Positions 43,974 through 56,808 of a stretch of DNA of 64,000 bases are shown piece by piece (within the stretch, counting starts at the first letter, position 1; each line of letters starts with the position of its first letter). A program made the position numbers and the translations under genes. The DNA comes from Scenedesmus sp. PABB004. Lineage: Eukaryota. Location of the stretch: contig JABVCE010000037.1 in the NCBI GenBank assembly GCA_014905635.1, forward strand, positions 124,001 through 188,000. The letters run 5' to 3'. Below the pieces are notes generated by a model. That model saw nothing but the letters and a program-made list of their open reading frames with translations, did not search any database and was not told where the DNA came from.

Positions 43974-46706
43974 TCACAGCCTCAGCTGCTGCCGCGGCGG
44001 CGCCGCGCCGGTGGTGCTGTGGTGGCGCGCCATGCCCAGCAGGGGCGCCCCGCGGCGCTGCGGGGGCAGGTCCAGCGAGCGCCGGCCCAAGCCCCCCAGT
44101 GCGGCGGCGACCACCGCCGCGCCGGTGCCGCCGCCGTCGCCGGCGCCGCCGAGGCTGCCCGCCTGCGCCAGCTGGCGCTGCAGCTCCGCAAAGGGCGACG
44201 CGGCCGACGCGAGCGAGCCGGCCAGGTGCCGCGCCGCGCCGTCGCCGGCGCCGGCCGGGCCCAGGAACAGGCCGCCCCCGCCGACGCCGCCGCCCCCCAC
44301 GCCATCACCGCCCGGGCCGCCGCCCTCGAGCAGCGCCGCCGCCTGCGCCGCGACCGCCTGCAGCTGGCTGGTCGCCTCGAGCGCCGCCTGCAGCTGCCGC
44401 AGCGCGGCGGCCGGGCCGTCGTCGCCGCCGCCGCCGCCGCCGCCGGCCTGCAGCCCCGCGAGCAGGCCGCCGACCTGCGCGCTGAGCGCGCCCGCGCCCT
44501 GGGCGATGTTGGTCGCGAGCGCCGCCAGGCACGCCGCCTCCGGCGCCGCGCAGGGCTGTGAGAGCGCGGCGAGCGCGGCCGCGGCGGCGTCGTGCTGCTC
44601 GGCCGCCGCGGCGGCGTCGCCCGCGGCCATGCCGCGCAGGAAGCGCTCCGTGGCCTCGCCCGTCTCGCGCACCATGCCTGGCGGCGAGGCGCGGCGCGGC
44701 GCGCCGTGAGCGCGGCGTGCATGCGGCGCGGCCCGTGCGGCGCGGCGCGCGGCGCGCGGCGCGCGGCGCGCGGCGCACCAGTGAAGGCGCCGTCGGCGCG
44801 CTGCAGCAGCTCCGCGGGCGCGCCGTACTCGAGCGCCGCCCCCGCGGCCATGACGAGCACGCGGTCGGCCTCAATGATGGTGTGCAGCCGGTGCGCGACC
44901 GCGAGCAGCGTGCGGCCCGAAAACTCGGCGCGCAGCGTCTCCTGCGCGCGCGGGCGGCCGGCGGCGCGTGGGCGGGCGCGCGCGCGCGCGGCGGCCGGGG
45001 CTGCGCGGCCACGGCGAGCCTGGAGGGCCCCGGGGGGCCCCAGGGGCCGCGCCTGGATGAGGGCGTCGGTCGTGACGTCGACGTTGGCGGTCGCCTCGTC
45101 GAGCACCAGGATCTGGGCGCGCGGGGCACACAGCACGCGCAGCACGCGCAGCACGCGCAGCACACGTGAGCGCGCGAGCCCGCCCCGGCGCGGAGCGCGG
45201 CGCGCGGCCCGCGGCGCGCGCCGGCGGCGCCCGCCCCGCCCCGCCCCGCGCGGCGCCGCGCCGTACCCGGGCGGGGTTGAGCAGCGCGCGCGCGAGCGCG
45301 AGCAGCTGCTTCTGCCCTGCGCTCAGCGGCGCGCCGCCCTCGCCCAGCACGTAGTCCAGGCCGCTGCCGCCGCCGCGCGGCGCCGCGGCGCCGCTGCCGC
45401 CCCCGGCGCCGCCGGCGCCCCAGCCCTCGACGACGGGCGCGAGGTGCGCGCGGCGCAGCGCGCTCCACAGCGCCGCGTCCGAGTGCGCGACCGCGGGTGA
45501 GAGGTTCTCGCGGATGGTGCCGGTGAAGAGCACGGGAACCTGCGCGGGCAGTGCGCAATGATGCGCACACGGTGTGGGCCGGCGCGGCGCGCGCGACTCA
45601 AGGGCCCTCTGCGGCGCGCCAAGCCCTCAACCCGGCGGCGCTGCGCGGCGCGACCCCGCCCCCGAGTGCGCGCGGCGCGAGCAGCCGGCCAAGCGCCCGG
45701 GGCCGGCCCGCGCGCTCGCCTGGGGGATGAGCGCCATGCTCTTGCGCAGCGCCGCGAGCGGCATGCGCGAGGCGTCGGCGCCGCCCAGCAGCACCGCGCC
45801 GGACTCGACCTCGGTTAGCCGGAACAGCGCGCCGATGAGGCTCGACTTGCCTGCGGGGTTTAGGGTTTAGGGACGAGCGGGTGCAGGGTTTAGGGGTTGA
45901 GGCAGCCAGGGCTCAAGACCCCGAGGGGTCGGAGCCGCCGCACGCCGGCAGCGCGGCGCATCCAGGCACTGGGGGGCCCGGGGCGGCGGAGGGCCCGGGC
46001 GGCGGAGGGCCAGGGTGGCGCCGGCCGGCGGCCCCCCAGCCAGAGGCGGCGCGCGGCGCGGCGCGGCGCACCCGCGCCGGTGCGGCCGACCACGCCGACC
46101 TTCCAGCCTGGCTCGGCGCGGAAGCTCAGCCCCCGCAGCACGAGCGGCAGCCCGGGGCGGTACCTGCGGCGGCGGGCCACGGCGCGGCGGCGGGCACGTC
46201 AGCGTGCGCGGCCCGCGGCGGCGCCGCCGGCGGCCGGCGGGGCCGGGCGGTGGCTGGCCGAGGCTCCCGCCGCTCACCTCATGCAGACGTTCACAAACTC
46301 AATGCTCCCATCCCCGCCGGGCCCCGCCGCGGCGCCGTCCGGCGTGGCCGCCGGCAGCAGCAGCGGCTCGGTCAGGCCGCTGCCCTGGCCGCGCGCCGCC
46401 GGGCACGCAAACTGCGCGCCCACGTCGGCGCCGCCGTCGCCGCGGCCCGACCAGAAAGCCGCGACGCGCGACAGCAGCCCCGCGCGCCGCGCGCCGTCGC
46501 GGCGCGGCCCCGCGCCGCCGCCGCCGCCGCCGGCCTCGCCGCCGCCGCCGCCGCCGCCGCCGCGGGCGGCGTGGCAGTAGGGCGCCTCTGGCTGCAGGTG
46601 GCTGTACTCCTCCAGGCGCTCCACGGCGTTGAAGGTCTGCTCGGCGATGCTGCCCACGCGCAGCGTGAGGCTCGTCGCAACCGTGATCTGCGCGCGGCGA
46701 CGCGCC

Positions 46707-46746
<40 letters not shown>

Positions 46747-49700
46747 GGCGGTGTCAGCGGCGGCGGCGGCGTGCGCCCCGCCGCCAGCGCCCCGCCCTGC
46801 GCCGGCCGCCGCGCCTGCAGCGCAAACGTGAGCAGCAGGCCCATGCTGGCGGGGCTGCCGCTCTGCTGCTCCACCGTCGTGAGCGCCGCGAGCAGCGTGG
46901 CCAGCGCGCCGAGGCTCTCCAGCCGCACGCTCAGCCACCTGGCGCGGCGCGCAGGGGCTCGGTGGGCGGCGCGGCGCACCGCGCGGGGCGGCGGCGGCGG
47001 TCAGCCGCGGCGCGCGCTGGCCCGCACCGGTTGAGCGCGTTGGTCAGCAAGCTGTTTGCCGCGGAGCTGTCCACGAGTGCGCGGTTGGCGGTGACGAGGG
47101 CGGGGCCCACGCCAAAGGCGCGGATCGTCGCCGCGCCCGCGATGGCCTCGCCCACGCTCGTCAGCACGGGCGACCTGCGGCGGCGCGGCGGCGTCGGCGG
47201 CGGCGCGTGCGCCAAAGGGAGGGCGCTCGGGGTCGGGCGCGCCCGCACGGCCACCGGCGCCAGGCCCGGCGGGCGCGGGCGCGGGCGGGCGCGGGCGGCG
47301 CAGCGTCCCACCGTGAGACGGCCTCGAGGCGCTTCGCCTGGCGCATGGCTGCCATGAAGTACTGAGGGTTGGTTGTGGTTGTGGTTGTGGTTGTGGTTGT
47401 GTGTGTGTGTGGTGGGGGGGGGGGGGCACAGGGCGGGCGGCGGCTCAGGCCGGGCGGCGGCTCAGGGCGGGCGTGGGGCGGCGGGCACCCCAGCCGCGGC
47501 GGCGCTGGAGGGACCCGCCGCCCGCTCCCAGTCCAGGCCAGGCCCTGCCCGCCCCGCGCCTACCTGGTACAGGCCGTAAAAGGTGCCCAGCAGGGCCACC
47601 AGGCCGGGCAGCGCAAACGGCGCGCCGACGCCGATGAGCACCACGGTCGTGAGCAGCTGCAGCAGCGCCCTGGGCGTGCGGCGGCGCGGCGCGGCGCGGT
47701 CGTGTTCGCCGATCAATCGAACAACGAGGTGCCGCGGCTAGGCCGCTAACTAAACAACAACTTAACAATACCCTATTGTTAGGGTTAATACATAACAACA
47801 ATGGCAACAAAGCCGCACCGCAGCGCAAAGGCGATGTTGGGCATGAGGTCGCGGTCGACGTCGGCGGTGTCGCGCGTGAGGCGGTTGATGAGCCGCCCCG
47901 CGGGGGTGGTGTGGTAAAACGCCATCGGCGCGCGCAGCAGGCTGCCCAGCAGCGCCTCGTGCATCGTGCTGCGCGAGGCGGCGGCGCCCACAGGCGCAGG
48001 CGCGTGGCGGGGCGGGCGGGCGCGTGCGGGCGCCGCGCGCGGGCAGCGCCGCCGCGCGCGCGCGGGCGGCGCGGCGCGCACCGTCCCGCGCGCACGCCAA
48101 ACGCGGCGGTGTTGGCAAAGTTGATCCAGAGCACCAGGAGCTGCCCGGTGCTGATGCAGGCGTACCAGCCGATGTACCAGTCGCTGCTGTGCCCGCCGCT
48201 CGCGGCGCCGGCGTCTGCGCGGCGCGGCGGCGCAGGGCGGAGGGCGGTCGGCGGCGCAGGGCGGTCGGCGGCGCAGGGCAGGCAGTGCCGCGACGCGGCC
48301 GGCGGCCGCCGGCTCGTCGCCGGCTCGTTGCCGGCGCGGCGCGGCGCGCCGCCGCACCGGAGGTCATCACGCTCAGCCAGAGCGTGGCGCCGAGGCGGAG
48401 CGCCTCGGTGCCTAGGAAGCCCACCGCCAGCACGACGACCGCGACGGCGCCGCCGAGAGCTCCCACGTACGCGCCGACGACCGCGGCCGACACGCCGCCG
48501 CTCGCGGCGCCCTCGGCGGTCGTGAGCTTCGCGCCGGCGGCGGCGCCGGCGCCGCCAGGCTTGGCCGCGGGCTCGGCGGGCGCCGGCGCCGCCGCGGCGA
48601 GCGCCGCGCCCGGCTCCTGCGCGGCGCCGTCGCCGCCGTCGGGCTCCTCCTCGGCCTGCGGCGGCGACGGACGGACGGCGCGCGTTGCCCGCGCTGCCCG
48701 GCCAGCGGGGCCGGCGTCGCCGGCAGCGCCAGCAGCGCAGCCCCACGCTCCCCCCAGCCGCCGCCCCGCACACAGGCACGCGCGTCCCACGTGCGCACGC
48801 GCCGCCGCGCGCGCGCACCTGCGCCTCGCGCATCAACGCAGCGAGCTCGCCGCCGGGGCGGGCCATGAGCTCGGCGTAGCCGCCCACCTCGGCCGCGGCG
48901 CCGTCGCGCATGACGACGACCAGGCCCGCCATGCCGACAAACTGCAGCTGGTTTGTCGCCAGCACGACCGTCTTGCCCGCCAGCGCCTGCGCCGGTGTGT
49001 GGGTTGCCGCGGGAGGGTCGGGGCGCGGCGCGTGGGCGTGCCGGCCGGCGGTCGGCGGCGGCAGCGCGCGCCGGGGCGCGCCGCCGGCGAGGCGCCAGCG
49101 CGCGCGCGCGGCCGCCCGCCTGCTTGATCGCGCCGTTGGCGACCGCGCGGCCCACGCGCGCGTCGAGCGCGGACAGCGGGCCGTCCAGCAGCACGACGTC
49201 GGCGTCGGCGTACAGCGCGCGCGCGATCGCGACGCGCTGCTTCTGCCCGCCGCTGAGGTTGACGCCGCTGTCGCCGAGCTCGGTCGCGTCGCCGCCGGGC
49301 AGCGCGGCGAGGTCGGGGCGCAGCTGCGCGGCCTCGACCGCGGCCGCGTAGCGCTCGTGGTCAAAGGGCCGCCCAAAGAGGATGTTGCTGCGCACGGTGC
49401 CGCCGAGGATGAACGGAGCCTGCGGCCGCACCGCCGTCCAGCGGCGCGGGCGTGCGGTTCAGGGCGCGGCCACAGGGGCGCGGCCACAGGGGCGCGGCCA
49501 CAGGGGCCCGGCCAGGGGCCCGGCGGCGCCGGACGAGGGCGGCGGCGCGCCGCGCCGCGCCGCGCCCTGTGCCGCGCCGCGCCGCGCCGCGCCGCGCCCT
49601 GTGCCGCGCCGCGCCGCGCCGCGCCGCGCGCCGCACCTGCGGCACGTAGGCGGTGGTGCCGGCGACCTCCACCTGGCGCGCCGCGTCGCCGCCATCGTCG

Positions 49701-50376
49701 CCGCCGTCGGCGTCGGGCTCGGCGCTGACCGGCAGCAGCTGGCCGAGCATCGCCGCCAGCAGGCTGCTCTTGCCGCCGCCGGTCGGCCCCACGACCGCGA
49801 CGAGCGTGCCCGGCGGGATCGCCAGGTCGAGGTCGGTCAGCGTGGGCGGCTGGTCGGGCGCCCACGAAAAGTCGCCGCGCACGCGCACGGCGACCGGCGG
49901 CGCCGCGCCGCCGGCGCCCGCGGGCGCCGCGACGGGCGGCGGCGGCGGCGACACCTCGGGCGCCGCGAGCACCTCCTGCAGCCGCCCGAGCGCGACGCGC
50001 GCTTGCGTGGCCTGCCGGGACGCGGCGGGGTTGTCTCAGGTCACGCAGGCCCGACACGCGCCGCCGCGCCGCGCGCCGCACGCACGCCGCACGCACGCCG
50101 CACACCGCACGCGCACGCACACGCACGCGCACACGCGCACACACATGTGCACGCGCGGCGCGCCTGCGTGACGATCTGTGGCAGCTGGAAAAGGGGGAAG
50201 CGGAGGACGTTGAACAGCGCGAGCGCGGTGAACGCCTGCCCCGGGCTGAGCGGGCGCCCCGTGGCGAGGCTGAACGCGGCAAACGTCGCGACCGGGACGA
50301 GCGCGGGGATGGCGTTGACGAGCAGGCCCATCGCCGACTGCGGCGCGCGTTTCAGGAGCGCAGAGGCGCGCAGAGA

Positions 50377-50409
<33 letters not shown>

Positions 50410-50957
50410 TGAGGTGCGCGCGCGCGTGGGATGCAGCGCCGTGAACCAACCAAACGGCGGCGGCGCCGGCGGCGGCGAGGGGGCGGCCCCGCGGCGCGCG
50501 CCGCGCGCGCGCGCCTGGAGCATGGTGACGCGGTACAGCGCGGCGAGCTCGGTGCTGCGCGCCGCGGCGATGCGGGCGTAGAAGGGGCCCTCCCACGCGC
50601 TAGCCTTGACCACCTCGATGCCTGCCAGGGTTAAGGGGGTGCAGGGTTTGCAGGTTTTAGGGTTTAGGGCGGGCGGGGCGGGCGAGAGGGGGTCGTCAGC
50701 GGGCGCGCGGTTGCGCCCTGGCGGCCCAGCCCCTCGGCTGCAGCCCCCCGGCCGCGCTGCTCCGCGGGCGGGCCCGGCGCGGCCGCCGGCCGGCGCACCG
50801 GAGATGAGCTCGGACTCGAGCTTGGCCCGCTGGTCGCTGAGGCGCAGCGCGCCCTGCAGCCGCCGCGCGGCCGCGCGCACGAGCGCGCTGTTGGCCGGCA
50901 CCGCGAGCGCGATGCACGCCGCCGCGACGAGTGCCGCGGCGCCGAGCTGCCTGCGCA

Positions 50958-51021
<64 letters not shown>

Positions 51022-53263
51022 GTCGGCGCCCCCCCATCCGCCCGCGCGCCCGTGGGCCCGCGCGCTCGTCCGTGCGTGATCAGCGGCCCGGGGCACGGCC
51101 GAGCGAGAGCGCGCAGCGCACTGGAAGAGGAGAAACATCGTGACAAAGATGCGCAGCGGCGCGCTCATCAGGCCAAAGGCGTTGGAGCAAAAGTCTGCCG
51201 GGCGCGGGTCGGGCCGGCGGGCGGGACGAGTCGGGCCGCCGGCGGGTCGGGCGACCGCGCGGCGCGCGCGCGCGGTGGTGCCAGGGGCGGCGCGCGGGCG
51301 CGCGCCGCGCTGCGCCGCGCCGACCTGAGATGGTGTTGGTGTCGGCGGCCACGAGGTTGAACATCTGGCCGCTCGGGAGGCGCGCGCGCGAGCCAGGGGA
51401 CAGCACCAGGATCTGCGCGCGCGGCACGCGCAGCGCGCGGACGGCGCGTCGGCGGGGGCGCGCGCCCCGCCCGCCGGCACCGGGCGCACGGCCCGGCGCA
51501 GGCAACGCGCCTTGCGGTGCACCTCCGCCGCCAGCACGGACCTGCGGCGGCGGCGGCGGCGCATCAGCGGTCGCATCAGCGCCGGCCCCGCGCCGGGCGA
51601 GCGCCGCGCCGCCGCGGCCGCGGCCGCGGCCGCGCACTTGAGCCGCACGCCGGCGCGGCCGACCGCCATGAAGTGTGCATTGTCTGCGAGCACGCCGGCA
51701 ATGGTGCCGGCAAAGAGCAGCCCCGCGAGCGCAAAGCCGTTGCCCAGCACGCCGGCCGGGGCGGCGGCGCCGCCGTGCCGCGCGGCCGCGACGAGCAGCA
51801 GCTGGTTGACGGTGAGCGGGCCGAAGAACTGGCTCGCGTCGTTGAGCAGCTTGCAGGGCAGCGCCGCGGCGAAGAGGCGCCACACGGCCGCCCAGCACGC
51901 GGCCGCAAGCGAGGCGCGCGCGGGGCCGCGCGCGCGCAGCTGCGCGCGCCACACCGCGCCGAAGCGCGCCTCGACCGCGGCGACGCGGTCGGCCGGCGGC
52001 AGCGGCCAGACGTCGTCGCTCGTGAGCGGCGCGCGCGCGGCGAGGCGGAGCAACGGCGACAGCCACGAGAACGTCAGGCGCGACCAAAGCGACGCGGCGC
52101 ACTCGGGCGACGCGCCCGACGCGCCGCCGCTGCCCGCGCTGCAGGCGCGCAGGGGCTGCGGCGGCGACGGCAGGCGGCGGCGGCGGCAGCTCCGCGGCGG
52201 CAGCTCGGCGGCACAGCAGGCGTGGCGCCGCGCGTGGCCTAGCAAGCGGCGGCGGCGGCGCCGCGCCACGCTGCTCACCATGCGCAGCTCGCCGTCGCCC
52301 TCGTGCACGAGCTCCAGGCCCGCGCCGCCGCCGCGGTACAGCAGCGCCAGCACGGCCGCCAGGTGCACCTGCGCGGCGCGCGGCCGGGGCTCGCGCGGCG
52401 CGCAGCGCGCCGCCGCCGCCCCCGGCACGCCGCCTCCATGCGCCGCCGCCGCCGCCGCCGCGCCGCCTCCATGCGCCGCCGCCGCCGACCCGCCGCCTCC
52501 ATGCGCCGCCGCCGCCCCACGCCGCCGCGCGCCGCCGCCGCTGCCGCCACCGCCGCCGCGCCTGCGCTGCGACGTGGACGATGTAGAGCCAGAAAAAGTA
52601 GCCCAGCGCCGGCGCGCCGCCGGCGGGGGCGGGCTGCAGCAGCTGCGTGAGCACGAAGCGCAGCTTGACCGCCTCGCTGCACGCCACGAGCACGACCGGC
52701 GCGCGCAGCAGCCAGCGCCGCGCCAGCACGACGCGGCCGCCGAGCTCGCGCAGCAGCACGGCGCACAGCAGCGCGAACGACGCCGACGCCAGCAGCAGGC
52801 CTGCGCGCACGCGCGGGCAGCGGCCGTCCGGCGCGGCGGCGCGGCGGCGCGGCGCGGCGCGGTCTGCAGCCCGCTGCGGCCGCGCGCCCGGCCGCGTCGC
52901 CAGCCCCGCGCGCGCACCGAGCCACTCGTGCGGCGCGATGGTCCCCTGGTCGGCCAGCGGCACCGCCTGCTCGCCCAGGCGCGCGTTCAGCTGGGCCAGC
53001 GGGATCGCGGCCGCCGCCGCCGCCGCGACCACGCAGCTGCGGTGCAGGCCGCGCCGCCAGCCGAGCGGGCGGTACGCGTCGAAGCGGCCCCCGTTGGCGC
53101 GCGCGAGCCAGGCGCCGTAGAAGACCAGCGCGACGACGTGCGCGACGCCTGGCGCACCAGCCGGCCGGCGGGCGGGCGGGCGGGCGGCCCGTGTCGTGCG
53201 GCGGCAGTGCGCGGCGGGCCGGCGGCGGCGCGCGCACGGCGGCGGTGGCGGTCGCGGCAGCGC

Positions 53264-53327
<64 letters not shown>

Positions 53328-53493
53328 GCCCGGCGGCAGTGCGCGGCAGCGGCGCACCGAGTATGGCGAGGTCGATGAAGCAGGGCGTGAGCGGACCCAG
53401 CTGCCCGCCGCCTGAAAAGTCGGCGGAGGGCTCGCAGAAGGTGTGCACGAACTGGTGCGGCCCCGCCGTCACCCACTGGAGCGGCCACGCCAT
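43974..53493 (-). CDS. ABCC: ABC transporter subfamily C (MRP1/2-like, with TMD0), more than 20 exons
   Basis: TMD0 start [27 protein letters not shown]1 GPTGGGKSS / LSGGQKQR / [14 protein letters not shown]2 GRTGAGKSS / LSAGQKQL / [11 protein letters not shown] / AHRLHT; duplicated TGTAA (-) at ~43759 and ~43771. Confidence 0.95.
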
Positions 53494-54523
53494 CGCGATC
53501 GCCGGCGCGCGCTCGCGACAGCAGCGGCGGCGGCGGGCGCGGCGCTCAGGCCGCGGAACGGGCTGCTGGCCCGCGCACCGCTGGCGCGGTCTCAGCGTCG
53601 ACCCGGGCCGCGCGGGCGCCGGCGCGGCTGGCGCAGCTGGCGCAGCTGGCGCGGCGCGAGCACCAGCGGCGCGCCGCTGCTTCGCGGTCACTCTCGCGCC
53701 GCCGGGAACGGAGCGGGAACGGGGCGGGCCGCGGGAACAGTCCGAGTGCCGCAGCAGCGCGGATGGAGCGCGGCGAAAGGGCGTCACACAGCGGCAGGGT
53801 TCCCGCCGCGCGTCGGCCCTCGCGCCGCGCAGCTCGGCGCGAGGCTAGTCATGCCGCTAGTGGTCGGCGCCGAGAGAAAAAGCCCGAAAAACCCATCCTG
53901 CTGGCGTGCGGTCGGCGTGCGGCGCGGTCGTCCGGCGCCGCACGCGCGCCGCGCGGCGCGAGCGCCGCCGCCCCCGGGGGCCCAGTCATGTGGGCCCCTC
54001 GGGGGCGCGGCGCGTCGAGCGCCTGCACGCTGCGTCAAGCGGGTCAGCTGCCCCCCAAAGCCCAGACACGATCGCGCACGCCGCCGCCGCCGCACGGCGC
54101 GCGGACGGCGTGCTGCGTCGGTCGATCCGTCGCGCACGCTGCTGGTCTCGGCATCATCATGGTGCACTCCCATGCCCATCAAGTGCTGCTCAAAAGGAAC
54201 AGGGCGCGGCGCGCCCGACTCGGGTGCTAAGGACGTCGGAGTGCACGGGAGCGAGGGTGCAAGGGGGCGAGTGCAAGGAAGATCAGCGTTGAAGTCGCGC
54301 GGGCACACACCGACACACGTCGCGGCGGCGCTATATGCATCCTCGCAAGCGCTCTCTCGTTGGTTTGATGCAGGGGCCGGGATGCCCGCCGGCGCGGGCG
54401 CGCTCGCCCGGCGCCGCCGCCGCGCCGCAGCGGCGCGGGTCACAGCCTGCCGTCACAGCCTGCCCAGCTCCAGCGCTGCGTCGCGCCTGCCCGCGGCAGG
54501 ACGCAGCAGCAGCGCCTGCGCCT

Positions 54524-56432
54524 CTAGGTCGGGCGCGTCGCCGCGCCCCAGCTCGGCGTCGTCGTCGCCGGACGCCAGCCGGTGGGGGCCCCGCGCGCCG
54601 ACGCGCCGGCGGCGCCGCGCCCAAACCACCACACCAGGTGCCGCGGCCACGCGTGCGGCGCGGACGCCAGCTCCAGCAGCGGCGGCTCGGCGGGCTGCTT
54701 GTCGTAGCTGCCGCCGTCGCTGCCGTACGCGCTGTCGCTGCGCGAGTGACGGCCGGCGAGCGGCGGCGCGGCGCCCCCGGCCGGCGCGCCGCACGCCGCG
54801 CACGCGCGGCAGCCGGCCACGGCCGCGCGCAGCGCGCAGCGCTGGCGCTGCCGCTCCCAGTGCACGTGCAGCAGCGCGTACACCTGGCGGCGGCGGCGGC
54901 GGCGGCGGGGCGGCGGCGGTCGGCGCCGGGGCCGGGGCCGCGCCGGGGCTCCACCCCGCGCGCGGCCGCGGCGCGTACCAGTGGCACTGTGTACCATGCG
55001 ACGACCACGTCCACGGTGTAGTGCTTGCGCGCCGATATGATGAGACCCGCCAGCGCGGCGGCGCACGCCCAGCACGCCGCCTTGAGCCAGCGGCGCGCGC
55101 CGTGGTGCGTGTACGCGAGCACGCCTGCGCCGCGGGGCGGGCGCGGTGCGGTGCGGTGCGGCGGCGCGCTAGGCGGGCGCGGCGGCGCGCTGGGCGGGCG
55201 CGGCGGCGCGCTGGGCGGGCGCGGCGGCGCCGACTGCAGGCGGGCGCTGCGCGGCGCCGACTGCGGGCGGGCGCGGCGGCGCCGACTGCGCCGCGCGGCG
55301 CCGCGAGGCGCCGCGAGGCGCCGACTGCAGGCGTGCGGCCCGGCACGTGCGTGCGTGCGTGCGGGCAGCAGCGGCGCGCCTGTGAGGATGAAGGTCATGT
55401 GGCTGCACGAGTGCACGAGTGCATGGGCGCGTGGGTGAGGGCGTGAGTGTATGGGTGAGGGCGTGCGAGCGAGGCAGCGGCGCGGGTCGGCGGGGCGGGG
55501 CGGGTCGGCGGCGCGGTGCGGCGGCGCGTCGGCGGCGCGGCGCGTGCAGGCCGCTGTGCGCGCTGCGCAGGCTGGAGACGCGTGCCTGCTGAAGATGAGG
55601 TCCCCGCAGCTGTGGGCCACCTGGCGCCGCACGTCCACCAGCAGGTGCTCCCACCAGTGGCGCACCGGCGGCGGCGCCGCGGTCGGCGCGCCCGCGCGGC
55701 AGTGCAGCGCGGGGCCGGGCAGCTGTGTGGCGCTGAAGGAGAGGATGCGCAGGCACTGGCACGCTGCGGCGCGGGCGCGGGCGGCGGCGGGCGCGAGGCC
55801 TCATTGCCTGGCCGCGCCGCTGGCCGCACCAATTGGCGGCCGCGCCAACGGCCGCGCCCGTGCGCCCGCGCGCGTGGTATGGCTCGCACCGACGAGCACG
55901 AGCAGCAGGCGCGTCCAGAGCGCGGCCGTGGAGAAGCGGCGCTGCCCGCCGAGCAGGAGCGGTGTGAAGGTCCACGCCACGAAGCAGAGCAGCAGGGCCG
56001 TGAACAGGGCCTCGCTCACCCAGCGCGCGCCCGCCGGCAGCTCCGGGATGAGCTCGAACCCGCGGTCGTGCAGCGGCGCCGCCGCGGGGACGTGGCTGCG
56101 GAAAGCGAGCTGAGTCGCGATGCCGTGAACGTATTGGAAGCAGAGGCATCCCAGGATGACGAACCAGCGACGCCGCAGCAGCGCGAGCTGCGGGGCGGCC
56201 GCGGCGGCGCGGCGGCGCGGCGTCAGCGGCGCGGGGTCAGCGGCGCGCGGCGACGCGGCGCCGCCGGCGCCGACTGCCGCTGCGTCGAGCACCGAGGCTG
56301 CGCAAGAAGGCCCGGGAGGGCGGAGAGCGAGCCCGCCCCGCGCGAGGAGCGCGCAGCGCGAGCGTGCTGCTGTCGAGGCCGCCGACCGTCACGCACCTCC
56401 TCGCGCAGCCGGCTGGCGAGGCTGTCCCCCAT
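54524..56432 (-). CDS. IPCS: Inositol phosphorylceramide synthase (PI:ceramide inositolphosphotransferase), about 6 exons; C-terminus uncertain
   Basis: FQYVHG, LHDRGFELIPEL, LRILSFSATQLPGPALHC, CGDLIFSSH, IISARKHYTVDVVVAWYTVPL catalytic motifs. Confidence 0.92.
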
Positions 56433-56808
56433 CTCGGCGTCGAGCGCTGCGAGGCGGGCGGTCCGGAAGCGCGTGGCTATCGTGGCTACGTCGACAGCGC
56501 CCGCTGCCACGCCTGCCGGCCCTGGCGCCTCAGACCGCGCCCCGCTCCCCACCCCGGCTCTGGGGAGCGGCTGCGGAGCGCGCTGTTGAGGCCGCCGCCG
56601 GCGCTGCGCCGCCGCGCTTCACGGCCCGCAACGCGCAGTCGCGGCTGCCAGGTTCGGTGCAACGGCCTCTCGCTTTACTCGTCAGCAGCGGCCCCAGCAC
56701 GATCACACTGCGCTGTCGCTGCGCGCGCGCCGCCGCCGCACGCGACGCCGGCGGTAGCCAAGACGCGCGAGCTGGCTGCACGGCACGGGGGACGCTCAGC
56801 CTCGCCGC

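Noticed and set aside
50959..51020. (GGC)n tracts here and at 53265-53325 and 8655-8692 as coding poly-Gly/Ala/Pro
   Set aside because: They lie in introns next to acceptors; ordinary microsatellites.
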